From NCBI RefSeq assembly GCF_006345805.1, contig NC_043002.1, positions 103,168,001 through 103,232,000 on the forward strand: a stretch of 64,000 bases of DNA, read 5' to 3'. A program made the position numbers and the translations under genes. The notes beneath the pieces are model-generated. The model saw nothing but the letters and a program-made list of their open reading frames with translations, searched no databases and was not told the DNA's origin. Origin of the DNA: Octopus sinensis (lineage: Eukaryota). This document shows, piece after piece, positions 1-12,477 of this stretch (positions within the stretch are counted from its first letter, which is position 1; each line of letters starts with the position of its first letter).

Positions 1-279
1 TGTTTTGTTGTACCTTTCTCTCTTCTCTTTCCACGTGACCGACAACTCTTCTGCTCTTCAGAAATCTAAAATTGGAATTCAGTATAACATATCGAATGAT
101 AGTTTTTTTTTGTGTTTTTAAATTTGAAGTAAAACTATAAAACGGTGTTGGAAATATAAATTAAAAATTACTGCTTTTGATGAGGATCTTTAAATCCATA
201 TATACTTCCTTGGATATTCTTCTGCAATAATCCATAATATTCATATGTAAAATCTGTTATATTATCTTGTATTGCAAAT

Positions 280-830
280 ACAAAATGGAATACGAAATGG
301 GACAAGAACGCAAAACATCCGGACAGCTAGATGATACAAAAATGAAACAAACCATCCATATAGACGATACAAGGAAACCAAAGACGGGTCATTGGAAGTT
401 TTCTTTCCTCAATCAAGTACCAGATTATCTTTGGAATTGCGGCCGATTACACTCGAGGTTGCTGCAATCTGGACAACCTCAAGTAAAAACTAAACTAAGA
501 GCATTACATACCTTGGAAGAAAGCAGCGAATGTAGGCAAAATCAAGGACGGAAAATAACGGACAGTGTTATACAAATACAATAAAAATGACAACAGGACA
601 TAACAACATGCTGGCGTGTGTGGGAATAAAGCCTTACAACAGGTACACAATATTTCACAGGCACAGGGAGGAATATCGATGTTGCACGGGCAACGTCCAG
701 ACCAAGAAAGATCAAGCATGGCCGAACGTCGGTCACGGCAATCCCATCAAGCTTGGACACTCTGTGGGAGGAAAAACAAAACCCGTCAAAGGGTGGAAGA
801 ACTCTTGAGAGTCAACGGTCATCCAATGAA
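280..830 (+). pseudogene. possible highly decayed LINE ORF2 APE-endonuclease relic
   Basis: Broken frames read TGHWKFSFLNQ, ITDSVIQIQ and DQAWPNVGHG. These loosely recall RTE-type endonuclease motifs (GTWNVRTLNQ, SDRVIQIR, WPGVIG). Similarity judged by eye only; stops and frameshifts present. Confidence 0.2.
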
Positions 831-1352
831 TGTGTTTTTTTTTTGTTATTTGTTTCTTAAGGCTTAAGGCTGTATCATGCACGGGGACATAGAAATAATC
901 GGACGGAATACCCGATCGCGCGGTTAAACCATTGGGAGTGAAGGACTCCTAGCCTTTGTTAGGGCACCCTTCTAGGAGAAGGTAACTCAGGTGACTGGGA
1001 TAACTCCGACATAAAACCTGCGGCTCAGTGGTTATCGATGATGTTGACTTGTTCTTCTTTTCGGATTATGGCTGCTGTTGCTCAGTGAGTGGGATTGACT
1101 CAGTGCACAGCCTTTCCTCACTTTAATAAAAATCTTCTTGCACAGGCATTGCACGATAACAACATTGTTCATGATTGTTGATGGTGCTGTGAGTCTCAAT
1201 TGAATGGCTGGCTGTAGCCTTAAAAAGCAAATAAAAGTCACATTCGATCACAGCACCAACAGCAGTTAAGCTTCGTGCAATGGCCATACTCGATAACGAG
1301 GGGGCAGCCATCATGTATATATAAATAGATAGTTAGAGAGAGAGAGAAAGAG

Positions 1353-1384
<32 letters not shown>

Positions 1385-1469
1385 AAGTACATATTATTTT
1401 ATTCTTTTATTCTTTTACATATTTCTGTCATGCAGCAGCACCGTCTTCAACATATCAACCTCACAACTT

Positions 1470-1740
1470 ACTCTTTGTAAACCTAGTACTTATTTTATCG
1501 CCGAACTGCTAAATTACGGGGACGTAAACGCACCAACATCGGTTGTCGTGCGATGATTGACAGACACACTCAGACTAACACATATGTACAACGGGCTTCC
1601 TTCAGCTTCCGTCAGCAAAATCTTCTCAGAAAGGCTTTGGTCGTCCCGGGGCTATAATAGCAGGCATTTGCCCAAACTGCCACGCAGTAGGACTGAACCC
1701 GGACCATATGGTTTGGAAGCATGCTTCGTACTCAATACAC
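1470..1740 (-). mobile_element. SINE family A, degenerate partial copy
   Basis: Matches the family A blocks 'gtaaacctagtacttatt...ggggacgtaaac' and 'ggctttggtc..ccggggctata' seen in the full copies. Confidence 0.8.
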
Positions 1741-2124
1741 TTGGTATGGTTGCATATATTGTTGACACACACACGCATGCATGTATATAGATAAGTGTGT
1801 AGTTATTTTACATATATACACTTGTATAACATAAGTGCGTCTGTATAAATTGAAATTATGCCGACACACATATGCGTAAATGTATGCATATTACTGTGCT
1901 TTGGTGTATTTATTTTTTTCTACATTGATACACATACATCACATGTCTGCGTATTTGTGTCTATATTTTTGTGAATATGTGTACGCCAGTCTGTGACTCA
2001 GGCTTCTCAGCATCTATGTCATATAAAGTATGAAATGACTCTCTAATATGAAGAATTACACATATTTTAAGAACCCATCCACTATCAGTCAGATATATGT
2101 ATGTATATATATATATATACATAC

Positions 2125-2177
<53 letters not shown>

Positions 2178-2309
2178 TATACTCACACATACACACACAC
2201 ATACATTTTGACGTAGGTGCCATCATACGATTAAAACTGTAAATACACACAGACGAACCAGGCACACACTCACTATCCCTTAATCGTATATGCATATTAG
2301 TATCTTTCT

Positions 2310-2317
2310 ATCTATCG

Positions 2318-2381
<64 letters not shown>

Positions 2382-2385
2382 GTAT
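2310..2385. repeat. (TCTA)n microsatellite
   Basis: Direct inspection. Confidence 0.95.
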
Positions 2386-3504
2386 GTTTTCTGTCTGTCT
2401 GCCTGCTTATCTTTCTCTCTGTCTATCAGTCTATCTATATATATATATATATTCATGTATACATATCTATATATCTATATATATATATATATATATATAT
2501 TCATGTATACATATATATTATGCAATCAAGTATATATATCTAAGTATCATGAACGACAGCCTATTCGATATTGACTTGTAGCTTTATTATAAAATTGTAT
2601 AAGCGTTGTGAAATATCTGTGTGAAAACACAATAGGTAGCAGAATTTTATCTTCCTATTATACAAGTTTGTTGAAGAACAACAACAAAAATTCACACACA
2701 ATCACACAGAAACGCATAAGTACACGCACACACACAAACACATACACACACACACAAACACACACACACATACGCGCACACTAGCAGTCTTCATTAAATG
2801 ACTTTACTGAAATATATTCGCATAAATCACCAACACGAGTTATTGTTCCTACTTAAAAGACGTCTCTATCAGTTAAAATCACATTTAAGTGCCGGCCAAA
2901 CATCAAAGAGTAAAACAAAGAATATAAATGGAGGAATTAAATTCCAACTACTTTTACTAAATATTTATTATAGTTGAAAAGAAATTTTCTTCACAATAGA
3001 ATCGCTGTATAAATGGTCGTTTTTGACGCCGTTTTAATATTTGTGTTATCTTCGTGTCCAGAAACGGAACAATACCAAACAATGTGAATGCTAGCTGACG
3101 TGTTGGCTAGCTTGTCGGTTGGCTGGTTGAATGACCGCCTGCTGGGCTGGCTGACTGGACCACTGGCAGGCTGCTGTGTCCTCTGGTTCGCGTATTGGTT
3201 GTTGATGTCATGCTTACAGCTAGGTCTATGAAAAGAGCGCCTATTTTAAACACTAACTGAAATGGACGGACGCACAAAATATTTTACTGACAGGTTGTTG
3301 TAGTAGTAATAGTAGAATGACAACTAATAAGTTAATTGTAGTTGTGGTGTTAACAACAGCAGCAGGAATAGATGTGGCAGCAGCAGTTGCAGTAGTAGTA
3401 GAAGTGGCTGCGTGTCGTGTTTTATGAATTTGAGGGTTGTATTTGAACCTTGAAACCGAATAGTATCGAGAAGATATGAATGGTGAATAGTTTTGTACAC
3501 TAGG

Positions 3505-4080
3505 TACAAAGCCTGAAATTTTGGGGGAGGTGGGTACTCGATTAGATTGACGCCAGTACGCAACTGGTACTTAATTTATCGACCCCAAAAGAATAAGAGG
3601 CAGGATTTGAACTCAGAACGCAAAGACACAAAATACTGCTAAGCATTTCTCGCGGCGTGCTAACGTTTCTTAATTCTTTATTACCCACAAGGGGCTAAAC
3701 ATAGAGGAGACAAACAAGGACAGACAAACGGATTAAGTCGATTATATCGACCTCGGTGCGTAACTGGTACTTATTTAATAGACCCCTAAATGATGAAATG
3801 CAAAGTCTACCTCGCCGGATTTTGAAATGAGGACATAACAGCAGACGAAATACCTATTTCTTTACTAGCCACAAGGTGCTAAATAAAAAAGGGACAAACA
3901 AGGACAGTTAAATGGACTAAGTCGATTATATCGACTCCAGTGCGTAACTGGTACATATTTAATCGACTCCGAAAGGATTAAAAGCAAAGTGGACTTCGGC
4001 AGTATTTGAACTCAGAACGTAGAGGCAGACGGTAAGCATTTCGCCCGGCATGCTAACGTTTCCGCCAGCTCGCCGCCTTA
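3505..4080 (-). mobile_element. SINE family B, multimeric copy (about 3 units)
   Basis: Repeated 'actggtacttaatttatcgacccc..aaaggatgaaaggcaaagtcgacctcggc' units. The head 'gctaacgtttccgccagctcgccgcc' is at the right end. Confidence 0.85.
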
Positions 4081-4389
4081 TGAATGATGCATATTGATAT
4101 GGCTATAAAACAATTTCGTATGACACAGGTGTCTGATTTTTCCTTCATTTCTATCTCCACCTCAGAACGTACTTAACTGAAACTTTGCAGACCAACTAGA
4201 CTCTACTGCACTTATGTAACATTGTAGTGTTTCTAGATAAGACAGTCCACAGAATCAAGCGTGTACTTCAAGAGAAAACAAATTCAGAAGTCATGAACGG
4301 CTGGTGACTCGTACATACGCCATTTACGCAATTCAGGCGCTCAACACAAACACATGACCACATTGCAACACATTTGCTTGTTCTGAACA

Positions 4390-4540
4390 ACACAGGCTCT
4401 ATTCCACACTACCCTAAAGAAAGCAAAGAACAAAGTGATCTTATTACGATCAAATATTATCTGGATAAATTTCTTTCAAGAATTCTCGACAAGGCACCGA
4501 CAAATGGACACCACTCGTCAGCAATTGCCTATTGAATTGA
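4390..4540 (+). mobile_element. decayed LINE ORF2 C-terminus (CR1/L2/Crack-like)
   Basis: 4413-4535 translates PKESKEQSDLITIKYYLDKFLSRILDKAP..., resembling the terminal LPxxxx...FKxxLDKFLSxIPDxP motif of such LINEs. Confidence 0.5.
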
Positions 4541-4623
4541 TTATAATACTACAGAACGTGTTTCAGATAATGCCATCAAGTTAGAGCATATATATATACA
4601 TACACATATATATATATATATAT

Positions 4624-4657
<34 letters not shown>

Positions 4658-4741
4658 TTATATATATATATATATTATATATATATATATATATACATAA
4701 ATATATACACATATATATATATACCCATATATATAGATGAT

Positions 4742-5256
4742 AATTTTTTCTAGAATTTTTTGCTACCCTTATATTTATTAATTAATGATTTTTTGGCTAA
4801 TTTTGAAATTAAATCAGCAGTTTATATTTACTGCTGATTTAATTTATATTTACCACGCTATTGCGGTAGATTTTGAAAATTTATAGCATATAGACTAGAG
4901 GCTTCCTTACCATCGCCTCGTGGATATATACTCGTCCTTGGCTTCTCTGCTGACGAGGCACGCCAGTTGTAAATAAATTTAATTTAATTTAATTAATTTG
5001 TTTACCAAAGTTTGCCGAAACTATGCATAGTCCAGAGATGAAAGAGGTAAAAGTCTTTAATTCTCTTTCAATTTCAGAATTATAACTATTAGCGGTTTGA
5101 GTTTGGCTGCTCTTTCTAGTGAGTCGAATGTCCTATTATGGCCATTCCTTATATTTTTGAATGTATATTATATAGTCTTTGACTATCTCTCCTTCTCGCT
5201 GGACCGCTGGTAGCGGAGAATTTTTTCTAGAATTTTTTGCTACCCTTATATTTATT
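4742..5256 (+). mobile_element. hammerhead-containing 477-bp unit with 38-bp terminal redundancy (retrozyme or Penelope pseudo-LTR-like)
   Basis: Direct repeat 'aattttttctagaattttttgctacccttatatttatt' at 4742-4779 and 5219-5256. (TA)n tracts lie on both sides and an internal canonical hammerhead is present. Confidence 0.65.
4944..5038 (+). ncRNA. type I hammerhead ribozyme motif, canonical
   Basis: Stem I TCTCTG(4944-49)/CAGAGA(5033-38); core CTGACGA (4950-56); stem II GGCA/TGCC with a 52-nt AT-rich extension; GAAA (5017-20); palindromic stem III ACTATGCATAGT; GTC triplet, predicted cut after 5032. Confidence 0.8.
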
Positions 5257-5835
5257 TCTTAAAAATATATACATATATATACATATATATATATATATAT
5301 ATGATATTTGTCTACTTCTTATGCAGAGTTTGACCACTTCCTGTACTTACACGTGCGCACAATTATGGCATCTGAAGTGGGTGAGGAGAAAACCACAGAG
5401 ATAGAGTGCACCTCTCATTTGGACCACAAAGACTTGCAGATAAGTTCTTTTATTTGTGGATCTTAAAATGTCTTTTGAGGCGTCTGTTGGATTTGCAAAC
5501 CTTCTGGCATATATCTATACGTGTGTGCGTATATACATACAAACATATATATAAACATAAACATATGCATATGCATATATATGTATGTGTGTGAGTGTGT
5601 GCACATATACATGCATATATATATATATATATATTTGAGTAGTTGAATGAATTATCTTATTAAAGATAATTCGAAAGATAACCGATACCTGGGTAGCAAA
5701 TTCACATCAGAAAGAACACGGTTGAAGCTACGTCCCTAGGGCATAGACTACGTGTCTTCGTGCGGAAATGTGTATGTTTATTTTAAAATTATAAGTATAT
5801 AAAAGCATGGAGTTGAACGACTAGTTAACAAATAT

Positions 5836-5930
5836 CCTTTATTCTCGACATATGTTTCGAAGGCTGCATATTCCTAATTCCGAAGGAATAAGGAGTACAT
5901 TATGCAGATTTCCCATCAGGAAAATCAAGA
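5836..5930 (-). ncRNA. type I hammerhead motif, variant core CTGATGG
   Basis: Reverse-complement partner of 6011-6105. Core CTGATGG (5919-5913), GAAACATATGTC, stem I formed by TTGATTTTC/GAGAATAAA. Confidence 0.55.
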
Positions 5931-6010
5931 AACATATGTCGACATCAAAATGCACAAAAAAAACTTTTAGCTAAAAGTTTTTTTTGTGCATTTTGATGTC
6001 GACTTAAGTT

Positions 6011-6105
6011 CCTTGATTTTCCTGATGAGAAATCTGCTTAATGTACTCCTTATTCCTTCGGAATTAGGAATATGCATCCTTCGAAACATATGTCGAGAAT
6101 AAAGG
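6011..6105 (+). ncRNA. type I hammerhead motif (minimal palindromic stem III)
   Basis: Stem I CCTTGATTTTC/GAGAATAAAGG; CTGATGA (6022-28); extended imperfect stem II; GAAA (6083-86); CATATG; GTC, predicted cut after 6094. Confidence 0.65.
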
Positions 6106-6181
6106 ATATTTGTTAACTAGTCGTTCAACTCCATTCTTTCACATACTTATAATTTTAAAATATATATATATAAATATATTT

Positions 6182-6540
6182 AAGTAGGTGAATGAATTAT
6201 CCTATGTTTATCGTCAGCATGAAAAATTCGTTTAATCGAAACCTGGGTAGCAAATTCACGTCAGAAAACACGGTTGAAGCGACCTGTCAAGGGTAGAAAC
6301 TCCGGCTTCATGTGTAGAAATTTGTGTCTTGTATATGAATAAATGAAAGAATGGGGCCGAACGAAGATGTTAACAAAATACCTTTACTCTCGACACATGT
6401 TTCGAAGACAGCATATTTTCATTCCGAAAGAAATAAAGGATTCATTATGTAATCTTCTCATCAGGAAAGATGTCTTCGAAACATGTGTCGAGAGTAAAGG
6501 AATTTTGTTAACATCTTCGTTCGACTCCATTCTTTCATTT
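6182..6540. mobile_element. second, diverged tandem copy of the 5637-6160 unit with its own fold-back
   Basis: Shares 'tgaatgaattatc..acctgggtagcaaattcac.tcagaaa.acacggttgaagc' with 5637-5730. Inverted arms 6341-6409 and 6472-6540. Confidence 0.8.
6387..6469 (-). ncRNA. type I hammerhead motif
   Basis: Stem I CTTTC/GAGAG; CTGATGA (6464-6458); stem II GAAGA/TCTTC; GAAA (6403-6400); CATGTG; GTC, predicted cut after 6392. Confidence 0.7.
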
Positions 6541-6622
6541 ATTAATAGATATAAATATATATATATATATATAATATATATATAATATATATATAATATA
6601 TATATATGTATATATGTATATA

Positions 6623-6695
<73 letters not shown>

Positions 6696-6699
6696 TATA
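6541..6699. repeat. (TA)n microsatellite
   Basis: Direct inspection. One of many (TA)n tracts, e.g. 16740-17370, 18850-19070, 40790-41060, 45960-46430. Confidence 0.95.
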
Positions 6700-6955
6700 T
6701 GTTCTTGAGCAAGGCACTTTATTTCACGTTGCTCCAGTTCACTCAGCTGTAATGAGTTGCTGCGACGTCACTGGTGCCAAGCTGTATCGACCTTTGTCTT
6801 TCCCTTGGATAACACTGGTGGCGTGGAGAGGGGAGGCTGGCATGCATGGGCGACTGCTGGTCTTCCATAAACAACCTCGCCCGGACTTGTGTCTAGGAGG
6901 GTAACTTTCTAGGTGCAATCCCATGGTCTGTGTCGTGACCGAAGGGGGTCTCTGA
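6700..6955 (+). mobile_element. SINE family D (CORE-like central block), 5'-truncated
   Basis: 'gttcttgagcaaggcactttatttcacgttgctccagttcactcagctg' is shared with 36285-36335. Confidence 0.7.
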
Positions 6956-9900
6956 TATGTATATATGTATGTATAAACATGTGTGTGACTATGTAAGCAC
7001 ACACATTCACGCACACACACACACACACGAACGCACACAGACACATATAAGAAACAAGCAAGGGTAAAAAAAAAGAAGTGTGGAGAAAGGGGCGGAGCCG
7101 ATGCATTCTGCCGGAAGACTATGATTTTTTAAGTGGCCAGTAGACCTACAAGTTGCTCTCATCGATACTGTTTGCAGAGACTTGAAGTATTTTTCCTTAT
7201 TAATCACAAGCAATATTGCAGTTTTGTGTTCAATTCCAATATTTATTGAACCCAGCTCTCTTTGCGTTTGTTCTCTCTTTTTCTCTCTCACTGTATCCCC
7301 CCCTCCGCTGTCAATTCCGATAGGTTAGCTTGTGCATTAAATATATGTATTATATTACTTTTACACTATCTAATCTACTTATGGCTACCTATTTTAACCG
7401 AAATTTAATAGTCCAATTTTATTTTATTTTGTGTGTATATTCTTTCTTATACTTCACACAGTGTTTGATAAAACAGAAGCATATTCTTTAGCGTCTCTGT
7501 AAAAAAAAAAAAAAATAAATAAAACTGAAGGCATATCAATTCATGGAAATCTTTGTATGTAATTTGGCAAAACACTCTTTTACACTTCTGACAAGACTGA
7601 GAACTTATCATTGTTTCAAAGATAAATGGAAATACGATGCTGTCCGCTGTGATCGAAGAGCTGTCTCTCCCAGACACCAGTTTTCTCCTGCTGAAGTAAC
7701 AAAGAGCTACACTATAGAACAAAATAAGGAAATATAACAAAACAAGCAATAGCAACGACCCAAATACAAAAGACAAGAAAATTTCACACACACACACACA
7801 ATATATATATATATATATATGTATTATATACATGTATATATACGTGTATAAGTGTGTATGTATATGTACAGTCACGCATGCACACGTACACATATGTAGA
7901 CGTTTATAGAAATATAAATAAGAAGTATGAAACACCCAACTGACGCCGAAACCATTAAAACGTAGAATGGCAATGCTGATAGAATATAATGTAAAAAGAA
8001 TTTTGATGAATTGCTAAATAAAGAGGCAGGTATCTGCATCAAGATATCGGTCCCATCATGAATTTGAACTGTTAAAGTAAAGAGAGTGGGTGAGACGGAG
8101 GGTGACTGAGAAATAAAAAAAATAATACAATACACACACTGGCGTCTTAAAGGAAATAACTATACAATTTATTTTTCATTTGTAGTTAGGGATATAGTAA
8201 AATCTGTGGAAACAGCTCTAAGAACGGACTCATACATGTATCTATATAAACACAGATGAGAAGATATATGTAGTGATACTGTCACAAACTTGTATCTACA
8301 CTCTCACCACAAAAGAACCACGCGCTCATTCATATACATAGACATTAAGGAATTTATATCGTGTACTGATGTAAAATATAACGATTTAAATCGTTATACA
8401 TCTTGTTCATTTTGAAGCCTGAAGGGACTTTATATGTAACGGCCTGAGACAAATGAGTGATGTATCTTCTCTATATTATAACGTGCTGCTGCTGTTATAT
8501 TTAGCCACGTCTCTGATGTTTATCCTACACCAGACCTGTCTTCTATGAATTAATATATACTACATCCAGAGGTTTGGGTCCTCATGTAAAAAGTTCGTTT
8601 CCCGATCGTGTGTTCACAGTTTTCTCCCACCACAAATTTTCTTCGACTAAAATATTTCTATTATATCCTCAAGTCGAAAGAAGTAAAATTGGGAAGACTA
8701 CAGCTGTGCAAATATCCGGGGTTTCATTGAATCATTAAATAAAGCGGCGAGATTTACGACAAACTGTATCGTTCTAAGGGTTACGTTAAAATTAGGGTTG
8801 TCGGTAGGATACTCAAATGTAAGTATATTCAGAAAGTAAGCTGTTCAGTTGAGCATACCACTGGATTTTCGATAATAGAAAACAATACTGAATCCGTTGG
8901 ATTTATATAAAATATAGACCACGAGATGAAAGTAAAGGAAACGATATTATGAGTAGGTGATCACTTTAAAAGAAGACTGGCTAATTTCACATGATATCAT
9001 GCAAAATTAGTCGAGGGTAGTGCCATATCAATGAAGTAGTTATCAGAAAAAGGGTGGTACACACGACATACCTAGCGGTACTGAGATAGCTGAAGGGGAT
9101 ATGAAGTATGCCGCTAGATGTTTTAGCGCGAAAATATAGCAACACAACAACGCCAACTATAAGAAAGTTCTTTTTTATATACATTTCCTAATGAGGTCGG
9201 TGAAAGAATCTAATATACGAACCTTGTATCTAATATACAAAACGTGCGTGTGCGCGTAAATATCTGCTAATATGTTTGTCGATGTTATAAGCGTACTATG
9301 ATGCTTTAATGAGTTTTCTTCATAAACTTCATCACGCATCTGGTACATGATAAAATATTTACTTGTTTCGGAGATAATTGTTTTTCCCAACCGTTTGGCA
9401 TAAAATTCAAGATTCAGAATGTATAGAGCGCATTTTGAATTCCGTTGTATTTTATAAAGACTATTGATATATTTATGCTTAATACGTCAAGGCAGTGTAT
9501 AGCTCCAAATATGCTTGTCGATGTAAACTATGCTAGAAGAGAGGAATTTATACAACGAGAGTATGTACAAAACACTCGTCTCATCGGCGCAAGGTTTTCT
9601 GGGACACCAGTGTTTTCAAAGTGCTAATTTCGTCAACTAGAATAAGCCGGACGATTTGGGCATAAACATGCCACTAGATTTGTTTATAATTTCGGAAAAC
9701 AAATTTCTTGCTGAATGATACTTACAACTCCCAACAGAAGAAAGCAAAATTGTTATTTACATCGCATGCAGTAAGACCTGAAGCAATCCCACATGCTTAT
9801 TCTTAAAACACTCAAGCAAGTTTGAGCACGAAACGCCACAGGAGTACAACAAACATTTACGATGACAGTGAGTTCATAACACCCGGGGATGATTTGCGCA

Positions 9901-10439
9901 ATGGATTCGGAAACAGCGGCGTTTCATCATACGTCTCGTCAACTAAAATTACCTAGACCAATATATTATCGATTTATACTAATGTGTTCGTTTAATTAGT
10001 GACACAACCGTCAAATCAAAAGTTACCGTATTTCTCTGTCACACATCTGGCAATATACATTCTCTAATTTCAAGATTGTCCAAATTTTTATTCCATTTAC
10101 AATGATAATGTATTGCTGTTGTTACTGAGTAAACTTCTAAGGCTCAGCTGATGAAACATGAGGATGTCGTCAGCTTGTAACGTTCAGCCTAATTAATATA
10201 TATATATATATATATAAGAGAAAAAAATCTATCAGATAAGAGAAAACATTTATCAGAAAGGAACTCTATCTCTATCTCTCTTTAAAAATATCTTTTGATA
10301 TGCATAACAAATGCGCAACCGGTAAAAAGACCTTTCACCTAATTAAATACACTCTCCCTTACTTAAATTATTTTGTCAGCATTTTCTTCATTTCCTTTAT
10401 ATATATGCATATATATATATTAATAAATAAAACATATGC

Positions 10440-10890
10440 TTATATATATATATACATATATGTACGTACCAACCTCTACATGTATATATATACGCATATA
10501 TGAGTACAGGACACCAAAAAAAGTCGAACACAATGAGAAACGAAAACATAGACACAAAACCCAAGGAACTGGATATTTTTCGTAAAAAACAAACAAAAAA
10601 TATAGTACAGGACAAATAACACACAAGGAAAAAAACCCCCTTCTTCAGTCGCCATGGTTTCATCTACTCTACGTTTCGAAGGTTGAAGGCGAGACGTATC
10701 TTCGAAAGAAACTTTCCTTCCTGCGAAAAGCAAATCAAATAAAATTTGAGATCTTTTTGCAGAGGGGTAAAAATGGTACCAAACCAGGACAGTAACGACA
10801 GTACAAATAAAATAACAAGACAAGAAGGGCTGTTAGCCGAACGAAATAAAGTATTACGAACGCTATTTTTCTGTGAACGGCGAAGGGAGC
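10440..10890. mobile_element. interspersed repeat family E (about 450 bp, TA-embedded, class uncertain)
   Basis: Colinear with 36530-36990, e.g. 'gtacaggacaccaaaaaa.gtcgaacacaatgagaaacgaaaac', 'ccccttcttcagtcgc', 'gcaaatcaaataaaatttgag'. Confidence 0.75.
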
Positions 10891-11195
10891 AAAGAAAATT
10901 GCCATCCACACCTCAAAAAGGTCAGGCCAGAAAAGACAGTAGCAGAGCTCTCGTCGCTGGTCAACGACGGGAGGGAGGAGGAGGAGCAAGAGAATGGGAG
11001 AGAAGAAAGGGGAATGGTTGTGAGGAAACCATGAAGGATGAGAGAGAGGGAGAGAGAGAGAGTGAAGAATGAGAGAGAGGGGGGACAGTTAAGTAGAAGA
11101 AAGGAAATCAAAGAATGAAGGCTGAGAAAGGGATGGGACAGTAAGGTATAGAGTGCGCATCAAAATTAATATCGAGAACATAATATATATATATT

Positions 11196-11242
<47 letters not shown>

Positions 11243-11514
11243 TGCAGGTTTTCAGGTTTTTACATGTTTGTGTCATATATACGTTTATGTTTACAAGAAT
11301 ATATGTATGTATGTATATGCATGCATACATATTCATACATAAAGACATCAACACATACATACATACACATGAACACACACACACATATGTATATATATAT
11401 AGAGAGAGACAGACGGACTGTGCTACAGAGAGACATAAAGTTAGCTAGACAAACAGAAAGACAGATAAACAGAAATTCTGACAGATATCTCGACAGATAT
11501 ATTAATAGCTACGT

Positions 11515-11536
11515 AAACGATAGATAGATAATAGAG

Positions 11537-11571
<35 letters not shown>

Positions 11572-11800
11572 GATAGAAGGAATAGATAGATAGATAATAG
11601 ATAGATAGATAGATAGATCGATAGATAGATATAGATATAGATAATAGATAGATAGATAGATAGATAATGGATAGAGAGATAGAGATTGATAGAGAGATAG
11701 ATAGATATAGATAGATGATAGATAGATACATACATACATACATACACACATACATACATACATACATACATACATACATACATACATACATACTTACATA
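11515..11800. repeat. compound (GATA)n-(CATA)n microsatellite
   Basis: Direct inspection. Other (GATA)n tracts at 12350-12478, 26270-26390 and 37075-37245. Confidence 0.95.
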
Positions 11801-12354
11801 GAGAAATAGAGAGATATGTATAAAATGATTATTTGTAAGTTTGCGTGATATGATTTAGAGTATACATATATCAGTCGCTACAATTTCAGAAACAAAAGTA
11901 CCATGCTACTTCCACTGCAAAATCAATGCAAATTATGGCTGAGAATGTAGTAATTTTTTCAAAATATATTCATATATTCATATCGGTGACACTGAATGAC
12001 ATAGGTTGGCGTATAGTTTGCCCGGATGAGATTACATGTAAAATCCATTCTAGAGTATATGACATGGAAAACGAAATGACAACTGAAATGTTGCGCAGAA
12101 ATCAGAGGAAATGTATGCAGTGACACACATAGAGAGGTTATATTATGAAATGGTACAGGAACGGAAAAAAACCCATCCAAATACGCACAAGCACACAAAC
12201 ATACACTCACTGATATACATACATATTTACACACACATATATAAACATACATATATATATATACATATATCTATGTATATGCATATATATATTCATATAT
12301 ATTTATGTATATACACATGGATGCATGTATATATATATAGAGAGAGATATAGAT

Positions 12355-12423
<69 letters not shown>

Positions 12424-12436
12424 GAGATAAATAGAC

Positions 12437-12477
<41 letters not shown>

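Larger units (their letters stand above)
5781..6160. repeat. 380-bp spacerless palindrome (190-bp arms)
   Basis: Centre ttttag|ctaaaa at 5970/5971. The arms are colinear (partner coordinates sum to 11941) with scattered mismatches. Confidence 0.95.

Noticed and set aside
900-1310. GC-richer segment with 'ctaggagaaggtaactc..ataaaacc', recalling RTE 5' UTRs
   Set aside because: Probably a repeat, but there is no second copy in the window and no attached ORF to confirm the class.
10640-10690. Family E CTGAAGA and GAAACGTA motifs (also at about 36720-36760)
   Set aside because: The motifs are in the wrong order and lack a stem I partner.
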